Below are positions 17,301 to 22,166 of a stretch of 22,166 bases of DNA, one piece after another. A model generated the notes under the pieces. That model was not told where the DNA came from, did no database searches, and saw only the letters and a list, made by a program, of their open reading frames with translations. The stretch is from Candidatus Micrarchaeia archaeon. Lineage in GTDB: Archaea > Micrarchaeota > Micrarchaeia > Anstonellales > J096. The stretch's first letter is position 1. Each line of letters starts with the position of its first letter. The stretch is taken from NCBI GenBank assembly GCA_041500405.1, contig JBGQMB010000015.1:1-22166 (forward strand). Direction: 5' to 3'. Made by a program: the position numbers and the translations under genes.

Positions 17301-20300
17301 GCTTTGGTTACACGCCATGCACCGGCCAATCAACCAACTACACAGGCGGCGACGCAGTAGGGATAACTGCCAGCCCATGGCACACCTGTTATCTCCTGTC
17401 AAACGGCAACTCAACCTGCTACGGGTACAACGTCAGCGGAAGCATAAACAGCTACACAGGAGGCAACGCAATTGCTGTCTCTGCAGGAGGATACACTGAG
17501 TATCCCATCACTTCCAAATTCCACACCTGTTATCTCTTATCAAACGGCAACTCAGTCTGCTATGGCTACAACAGCAGCGGCGACACAAACAGCTACACAG
17601 GAGGCAACGCGATAGCGGTCTCGGCAGGCCAATACCAAACCTGCTATCTTCTCACCAACGGCAGCTCCGTATGCTATGGCGAAAACGGCTACGGCCAGTC
17701 ACCCAACTACACCGGCGGCAACATAAAAATCCCGTTCTACAGCGCCAACCTGTCGCTTGCCATTAACAATGCGGGCGCGGACACTTCCGTGACAACTTCG
17801 CCGTCAGGCCTTCCGGAAGGCAGCCATTCGTATTACATGAACTGCACCGACATGCTGGGCAACTCAAACGTGTCTGCAAACAGGATGTTCTATATAGAAT
17901 ACATGCTTCCGATCTCCAATGTCACCTCAACAGTCCTGGCCGGCTACACGTCAGCGTCCGTTAGGTGGATTACTGGCAAGACCTCAAACTCAACTGTGGA
18001 ATACGGAACTACCGATGCGCTCGGAACAGCCGCCTCGAACGGCACGCTCTCTGCATCGCCCAGCGTGACAATCTCCGGCCTGACTCCGCACGAAACCTAT
18101 TATTATAATGTGACGTCATGCACCGCTTTGGGCTTGTGCAATACGTCAGGCCCGTACCAGTTCGTCATGAACACCTCGCCAATGATATCGTTCGTTTCGC
18201 CGACGCCGAACAGCAACACATATGTCACTAGAAGCAATATAGCAATCAACATCTCCATAGATGACACGAACTTTGCCAATGTAACGGCGTATCTGTACAA
18301 TTCAACAGGCCTTCTTTATTCCAACACATCAGCAGACCAGCATTATTTCATAGACTACACCGGCATTCCGGACGGCCTTTACTATTTCAATGCCACCGCA
18401 TTCAACACAGCCGGGGTGCAAAACAGCACCGAGACAAGGAACGTGACTATAGACACGGTCTATCCAACAGTGCAATTCCTTTTCCCCACGCCGGGCAATG
18501 GCGATACGATGCTCAGCGGCAACATGACAATAAATGTAAGCTCCAGCGAGAACCTGAGCTCTTGCAGGCTCAGCATGAATGTCTCTGGCATGTGGAACAC
18601 CAACGTGCAAACCGCCTCGGCAGCCATGTATCACACTTGCTACGTTCTCTCCAACGGCAACTCCACCTGCTACGGCGACACTAGCTGCAACGGCAATACG
18701 CCATGCATAGGCAGCCAAGGCCAGTCAACCAGCTATGTCGGCGGCAACGCCATCGCAGTCGCTGTAAGTTTAGGCAACACCTGCTACATCCTCAGCAACG
18801 GCAACTCACAATGCTACGGAAGCAACGAATATAACGAATCGACCAGCTACACCGGAGGCAACGCGATAGCATTGTCGTCAGGATATTATCACACTTGCTA
18901 CGTTCTCTCCAACGGCAACTCCACCTGCTACGGTTTCAACAACTCGGGCCAGACAACGGCCTATTCTGGAGGGGATGCAATTGCGGTCTCAGCAGCAGGC
19001 TATAACACCTGCTATCTCCGCTCCAACGGCAACTCCACCTGCTACGGCGCCAACACCAGCGGAAGCACCAACCCATACACAAACGGAAATGCGGTAGCGG
19101 TCGCTGCAGGCATAGACAACACCTGCTACCTGCTGAGCAACGGCAATTCCGTCTGCTACGGCTCCAACAACAGTGGCAAGTCAATCTACTACACAGGCGG
19201 CAACGCGATTGCAGTCTCGATTGGATATGCGCATACCTGCTACCTTCTCAGCAATGGCAACTCAATATGCTACGGCGACAACAGCTATGGTATGGCGACT
19301 GCTTATACAGGAGGAGACGCGGTAGCGCTCTCGGCAACAGACGGGCACACCTGCTACATTCTTAGCAACGGCAACTCCACCTGCCATGGTAGGAACGATT
19401 ACAACCAGTCGGCCAACTACAGCGGAGGAAACGTTAAGCTCCAGTTCAGCTCAGGCAGGTATATGGCGCTGAACAATGCGGATGCCAGCACCTGGGCAAG
19501 TGTGGATTTATACAATCTTCAGGACGGCATATATCCATATAGCGTAAATTGCAGTGACATCGCAGGTAACTCGAACACAACGGAAACAAGGAACATCTCG
19601 GTTGAGCTTTTACTGAAGATATCCAACATCTCGGCATACACAGAGCCGGGCGAGACCTCGGAACAGATAACATGGACAACGGACAAGGCATCCAATTCAA
19701 CGCTAAGCTACGGCAACACGACGGACCTGGGAACAGGGCTCTCAAATGGCACATCATCCATTTCGCACAGTATAGTAATCACGGGACTCACGCCCCAGAC
19801 AACCTATTACTATAACATCACCTCGTGCACGCCAAGGGGCACGTGCAGCATATCCGGCCCATACTCATTCCTAACCAACGTCCTGCCGGCCCTTGACTTC
19901 ATATCCCCGACGCTCGGCAACGGCACGACAGTCCATTACAAGGACATAACAGTCAACATAAGCTCCAGCGAAAACCTAACGTCATGCACGCTCAGCACCA
20001 ACGCGACGTTCGCGCTTTGGGAAAACATAAGTCACCTTGGCATATACGGCGGAAGGTTCGACTACAACGCATCAGCCGGCGTCAACAACTACTCATCGCC
20101 GAACATGAATAACAGGAAGACAATCGCCTCAGGGGACTTCCATACGTGCTATGTGCTCAGCAACGGCAGCTCAGCCTGCTTCGGCAACAACTCATACGGC
20201 CAGGCAACCAACTACACAGGAACCAACGCCATATCCGTGGCAGCAGGAAGCAAGCACACGTGCTACCTGTTGTCCAACGGCAACTCCACCTGCTACGGCG

Positions 20301-22166
20301 ACAACACCTACGGCAAGGCATACGCATACACCGGCGGGAATGCCATAGCGGTCGCCGCAGGCGACAAGCATACCTGCTACCTGCTCAGCAACGGCAACTC
20401 GTCCTGCTGGGGAGCAACCAGCTGCATTGTAATAATGGGGAACCCGGTCTGCTCCGGCTACTTCAACCAGTCGACAAGCTACACAGGGGGCGACGCGATA
20501 GCCATTGCGGCAGGCAGGAACTTCACCTGCTACCTTCTCAGCAACGGCAACTCTGCATGCTTCGGGGACAACGGCTACAACCAGTCAGTCAATTATACAG
20601 GAGGCGACGCAATCGCGGTCTCGGCAGGCGTATACCATACCTGCTATCTCCGCTCAAACGGCAACTCTGCATGCTACGGCGACAACAGCTGCAACGGCAG
20701 CGGAAGCTCAATCTGCAGCGGCCAGGCAACCAATTACACAAAAGGAGATGCGATAGCAGTATCCGCAGGGGGCTGGCATACGTGCTACCTCAAGCCAAGC
20801 GGCAACTCGATATGCTACGGGACTGACGGCAGTGCATACGCTAGCGTAGGATATATCGCCGCCCCAGGCTGCAGGTGTTATATCGGCCTTTACTCTTCCG
20901 GATGCACATGCACAGCACCGCCACGCGCCACTGTCGGCGGCGACAACAGGACCGCAAACTATACGGGAGGCGATGCCATAGCGGTTTCAACAGGCCTTTA
21001 CCACACCTGTTATCTTCTCACCAACGGCAACTCCACCTGCTACGGCGCATACAACTATACCATGTCATTAGGTCTGTATGGTTCTTCTTACAGCTCAACG
21101 CCGGTGCCCAACTACACCAACGGAAACCTGAAATTCCCGTTCAGGGACGTCAGCAGCATGTCGCTGGGCATTGCCAACGCTGGCGCAGGCACGACGGCGG
21201 ACATTCCGCTGTACAACATATCCGAAGGCAGCTTTTCGTATTCCGTCAACTGCACGGACGAATCCGGAGGCACCAACAGGACGGAAACAAGGACTTTCAC
21301 GGTCGAGCTGAGCCTGTTGCTGTACAACGTTTCCGCAAGGGTGCTGGAGGGCGACACGACTGCGCTCATAACATGGAACAGCGACAAGAACTCCAACTCA
21401 ACGCTTGGATACGGAAGCACCACCGCGCTCGGGACAGCGGCATACAACAGCACTTCATCGGTTTCGCACAGCATATTCATAGAGGGACTTGTGCCAAACC
21501 AGCTGTACCACTTCAACATATCATCGTGCACGCCAAGCGGCACATGCAACTCAAGCGGGAACTTCACGTTTATAGCGGACCACACGCCGCCTTCGCTGGC
21601 ATTCTCGGCGCCGACGCCTGACAATAACACGCTAACCCGCATAAACAACATGACCATGCTCATCAACTCCAGCGAGGACCTCAGCTCATGCCAGCTTTCC
21701 ATGGTCACAGGAGGCCTTTGGACAAACATTATGCACCTAAACATATACGGCGGGCGCTTTGACTACAACGCCTCAATCGGCGTGAACAACTATTCCTCGT
21801 TCAACATGCTGAACCGCAAGACGATAGCCGCAGGCTCCTCCCATACATGCTACCTTCTTTCAAACGGCAACTCCACCTGCTACGGAGACAATGGCTACAA
21901 CCAGTCATCTAACTATACCAGAGGCGACGCGATATCCGTAGCTGCAGGCTATGATTACACCTGCTACCTCCGCTCAAACGGCAACTCGACATGCTACGGC
22001 TCCAACGGCAACGGCCAGTCAATCAATTATACTGGCGGCGACGCCATTTCCGTGTCTGGAGGCGGATATACGACTTGCTACCTGCTCAGCAACGGCAACT
22101 CCACCTGCTACGGAGACAATGGCTATAATCAGGCAACCAACTACACCGGCGGCAACGCAATAGAGG
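11330..22166 (+). CDS. Giant secreted surface glycoprotein (at least 3612 aa, 3' end outside the window): repeated Ig-like / inserted RCC1-like beta-propeller / FN3-like modules
   Basis: Manual translation from ATG 11330 (MASANNSLYTVVLLFVALLGAAMLISG, hydrophobic signal) found no stop up to 22166. The track lists no + ORF in this frame after 11330, consistent with no stop. 45 blade repeats are visible in the window. Confidence 0.93.
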   Translation, partial: MASANNSLYTVVLLFVALLGAAMLISGENQVGETHYSQSSFPMLGFYAESDTDAVLACELSIGGNSVYSNDSIANGTQIEARSNSSLSDGQYLWEMRCSDSGGSAIAESGILVIDTVQPSVSINAACSNNALSINASADDANPYYIEANATDASGILVMSASGNSSVFIEISPVSAGAYTITAMALDMAGNAGYAVFEATAECANASAQNESVETATENETINETVSPPEENITEENQTIISNVSEGNESAELENATEMNQTINETVPEPPKNKTREEGYGIMGVGGPVLNFVSPTPDDGSIVHSNNITVNVTSDENLSSCYFNINATGLWTNVKHLGVNGGIFDYNASIGAGGYASSNALNVKTVMAGAFDTCYLLSNGNSTCVGINNYGEANNYTGGDAIAAVAGDTEHTCYLLSNGNSACYGENSYGESTSYTGGDAIAVATGYHHTCYILSNGSSACYGTSNCNGNSPCFGSNGESTNYTGGDAIAVAAGQFHTCYLLSNGNSTCYGWNDRGRATNYTGGNAIALSAGVAHTCYLLSNGSSICYGYNGYGQTTNYTGGNAIAVSAGYDHTCYLLSNGNSTCYGNNNCKGYAQCSGQSTNYTGGNAIALSAGYEHTCYLLSNGNSTCFGSNIYNQSTNYTGGDIKIPFALARNMNVQNADADTWAGVSLNLSEGSYLYNANCLNVTGASNTTGNRTVTLELYISISNVSSRVLSGETSANTVWITDKLSNSTVDYGTTAALGSATPNATLSASHSVTLTGLTPQMLYYYNVTSCTATGTCNTSGPYNFTTDLTPPSVAFVPPTPDNGSIVHSTSFTVNISSSENLSSCSLAPIMTYNSLPMAIGERQSCYVLTNGNAVCYGSDSMGELANYTGGDAIAAAGGQQFTCYLLSNGNSACYGDNRWDQSTNYTGGDAIALSANYDHTCYLISNGNSVCYGSYDGEGGAAGQTVNYTGGNAVGLACGHLHTCYLLNNRTSVCYGSNSEGQSANYTGGNAIAVSAGRYYTCYLLSNGNSACYGNNGYGQATNYTGGNAIAVSAGENQACYLLSNGNSACYGRNDQGPGEATNYTGGNAVAVVAGWYHTCYLLSNGNSVCYGRNSSGQSANYMGGDIRTQFQGALPFIFNMQITINNADADTSANATFSGIPERDYLFYANCTDSHGNSNITANRTVAVEYQLPISGVSSTVIAGETSAYIIWATDKPSNSTVNYGTTTALGSTTFNSTLAALHNKTLTGLTPQTLYYYNVTSCTATGTCNTSGPYNFTTDLTPPSLDFIAPTPANGAMLHARNLTVNVSSSKNLTSCSIVINITNQLWTNIMHLNLFGGRFDYNASIGANNYSSFNMINRNPIATGWDHACYLLNSGNSTCFGDNSYNQSINYRGGDAIAVSAGDSSTCYLLSNGNSTCYGDNGYNQSTNYTGGNAIAVAAGYYHTCYLLSNGNSVCYGFNTSNQIRPYAGGNAIAIAAGYYHTCYLLSNGNSVCYGLNDVRQATNYTGGNAIALAAADTHACYLLSNGNSTCYGDNACNGNSPCSGESTNYTGGNAIAVSTKYAQTCYLLSNGNSVCYGLNGDGQSTNYTGGDAVSVSVGAYFTCYLRSNGNSTCYGNNNWGQRTNYTGGDIRIPFVFASNVSISNADASTFAVLSFSLPDGAYSYSMNCTDWAGNSNTTRNRSVVMELSLSIYGVSSSVLPGETSALLLWNTDKSSNSSVNYGTTTALGTVSSDGTRSTLHGITLAGLTPQMLYYYNVTSCTATGTCNTSGPYNFTTDLTPPSLAFVAPTPANGSTVYSNSVTLNVSSNENLSSCSLADLGTFGLWNNVRALGVYGGTFDYNASTGVNNYSSFNMLNRKTVAAGGRQTCYILGNGNSTCYGDNSYGPGQSTNYTGGNAIAVSSTNYHTCYLLNNGNSTCYGYNSYGQTTSYTGGNAVAVFASSYHTCYILSNGNSTCYGANNYGMATNYSGGNAIAVAAGKYFTCYLLSNGNSTCYGDDTCFGYTPCTGQSTNYTGGDAVGITASPWHTCYLLSNGNSTCYGYNVSGSINSYTGGNAIAVSAGGYTEYPITSKFHTCYLLSNGNSVCYGYNSSGDTNSYTGGNAIAVSAGQYQTCYLLTNGSSVCYGENGYGQSPNYTGGNIKIPFYSANLSLAINNAGADTSVTTSPSGLPEGSHSYYMNCTDMLGNSNVSANRMFYIEYMLPISNVTSTVLAGYTSASVRWITGKTSNSTVEYGTTDALGTAASNGTLSASPSVTISGLTPHETYYYNVTSCTALGLCNTSGPYQFVMNTSPMISFVSPTPNSNTYVTRSNIAINISIDDTNFANVTAYLYNSTGLLYSNTSADQHYFIDYTGIPDGLYYFNATAFNTAGVQNSTETRNVTIDTVYPTVQFLFPTPGNGDTMLSGNMTINVSSSENLSSCRLSMNVSGMWNTNVQTASAAMYHTCYVLSNGNSTCYGDTSCNGNTPCIGSQGQSTSYVGGNAIAVAVSLGNTCYILSNGNSQCYGSNEYNESTSYTGGNAIALSSGYYHTCYVLSNGNSTCYGFNNSGQTTAYSGGDAIAVSAAGYNTCYLRSNGNSTCYGANTSGSTNPYTNGNAVAVAAGIDNTCYLLSNGNSVCYGSNNSGKSIYYTGGNAIAVSIGYAHTCYLLSNGNSICYGDNSYGMATAYTGGDAVALSATDGHTCYILSNGNSTCHGRNDYNQSANYSGGNVKLQFSSGRYMALNNADASTWASVDLYNLQDGIYPYSVNCSDIAGNSNTTETRNISVELLLKISNISAYTEPGETSEQITWTTDKASNSTLSYGNTTDLGTGLSNGTSSISHSIVITGLTPQTTYYYNITSCTPRGTCSISGPYSFLTNVLPALDFISPTLGNGTTVHYKDITVNISSSENLTSCTLSTNATFALWENISHLGIYGGRFDYNASAGVNNYSSPNMNNRKTIASGDFHTCYVLSNGSSACFGNNSYGQATNYTGTNAISVAAGSKHTCYLLSNGNSTCYGDNTYGKAYAYTGGNAIAVAAGDKHTCYLLSNGNSSCWGATSCIVIMGNPVCSGYFNQSTSYTGGDAIAIAAGRNFTCYLLSNGNSACFGDNGYNQSVNYTGGDAIAVSAGVYHTCYLRSNGNSACYGDNSCNGSGSSICSGQATNYTKGDAIAVSAGGWHTCYLKPSGNSICYGTDGSAYASVGYIAAPGCRCYIGLYSSGCTCTAPPRATVGGDNRTANYTGGDAIAVSTGLYHTCYLLTNGNSTCYGAYNYTMSLGLYGSSYSSTPVPNYTNGNLKFPFRDVSSMSLGIANAGAGTTADIPLYNISEGSFSYSVNCTDESGGTNRTETRTFTVELSLLLYNVSARVLEGDTTALITWNSDKNSNSTLGYGSTTALGTAAYNSTSSVSHSIFIEGLVPNQLYHFNISSCTPSGTCNSSGNFTFIADHTPPSLAFSAPTPDNNTLTRINNMTMLINSSEDLSSCQLSMVTGGLWTNIMHLNIYGGRFDYNASIGVNNYSSFNMLNRKTIAAGSSHTCYLLSNGNSTCYGDNGYNQSSNYTRGDAISVAAGYDYTCYLRSNGNSTCYGSNGNGQSINYTGGDAISVSGGGYTTCYLLSNGNSTCYGDNGYNQATNYTGGNAIE
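12422..13282 (+). repeat. Propeller 1: 7 tandem RCC1-like blades (coding)
   Basis: Consensus IAVSAGxxHTCYLLSNGNSTCYGxNxYGQSTNYTGGNA (38 aa, 114 nt) x7, ending IKIPF. Confidence 0.9.
13856..14683 (+). repeat. Propeller 2: 7 blades (coding)
   Basis: 7 C-x9-C blades counted by translation, ending IRTQF. Confidence 0.9.
15377..16204 (+). repeat. Propeller 3: 7 blades (coding)
   Basis: 7 blades, ending IRIPF. Confidence 0.9.
16877..17737 (+). repeat. Propeller 4: 7 blades (coding)
   Basis: 7 blades, ending IKIPF. Confidence 0.9.
18611..19447 (+). repeat. Propeller 5: 7 blades (coding)
   Basis: 7 blades, ending VKLQF. Confidence 0.9.
20120..21142 (+). repeat. Propeller 6: 7 blades with four enlarged loops (coding)
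   Basis: 7 blades, ending LKFPF. Blades 3, 5, 6 and 7 carry loop insertions. Confidence 0.9.
21821..22166 (+). repeat. Propeller 7 (partial, 3 blades inside the window)
   Basis: 3 complete blades before the window ends. Confidence 0.85.

Noticed and set aside
11400..22163. The many short track ORFs (Ala/Thr-rich, Gln/Arg/Leu-rich and antisense) in the right half
   Set aside because: They are off-frame or antisense shadows of the repetitive giant ORF.
12422..22166. CRISPR-like appearance: conserved ~114-nt-period repeats separated by variable segments
   Set aside because: The repeats are in-frame coding units with synonymous third-position variation and indels in multiples of 3. No cas genes or leader are present.
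12422..22166. Diversity-generating retroelement as the source of loop variation (many AAC/NNC codons)
   Set aside because: No reverse transcriptase or TR/VR pair differing only at adenines is in the window. Loops vary by length, and framework AAC codons are conserved. A remote TR cannot be excluded without a genome-wide search.
22160..22166. Last codons read I-E instead of the expected I-A-V
   Set aside because: Only a few terminal bases are involved. This could be a variant or a contig-end artefact and is not interpretable.

Overview
Archaeal chromosomal window. A DPANN origin (possibly Micrarchaeota) is inferred from the archaeal-type housekeeping genes, TTTAAA TATA boxes ~25 nt upstream of start codons and the giant surface protein. 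The left 11.2 kb is compact housekeeping DNA rich in tRNA functions: CCA-adding enzyme, Pop5/Rnp2, Pus10, tRNA-His, arginine decarboxylase PdaD and SerRS. It also encodes DNA ligase, thymidylate kinase, SppA, an A24 prepilin peptidase-like protein and a duplicated extracytoplasmic thioredoxin plus CcdA/DsbD-like pair. Two non-coding elements lie in the intergenic gaps: a canonical box C/D sRNA (4466-4524) whose D' guide points at 23S U2552, and a family of palindromic A/T-tract repeats. The right half (11330 to the window end) is one uninterrupted + strand ORF of at least 3612 codons, absent from the supplied track because its stop lies outside the window. By manual translation it encodes a secreted, Cys-rich, sequon-dense protein. 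It is built from a ~470-620 aa module repeated at least 7 times: an Ig-like domain split by an inserted 7-blade RCC1/BLIP-II-like propeller of 38-aa blades, followed by an FN3-like domain. The blades have a nearly constant framework and two hypervariable loops, several of them apparently disulfide-closed, including a 45-aa CxC-x8-CxC 'knob'. The best interpretation is a multivalent, antibody-like array adhesin; this function is inference.
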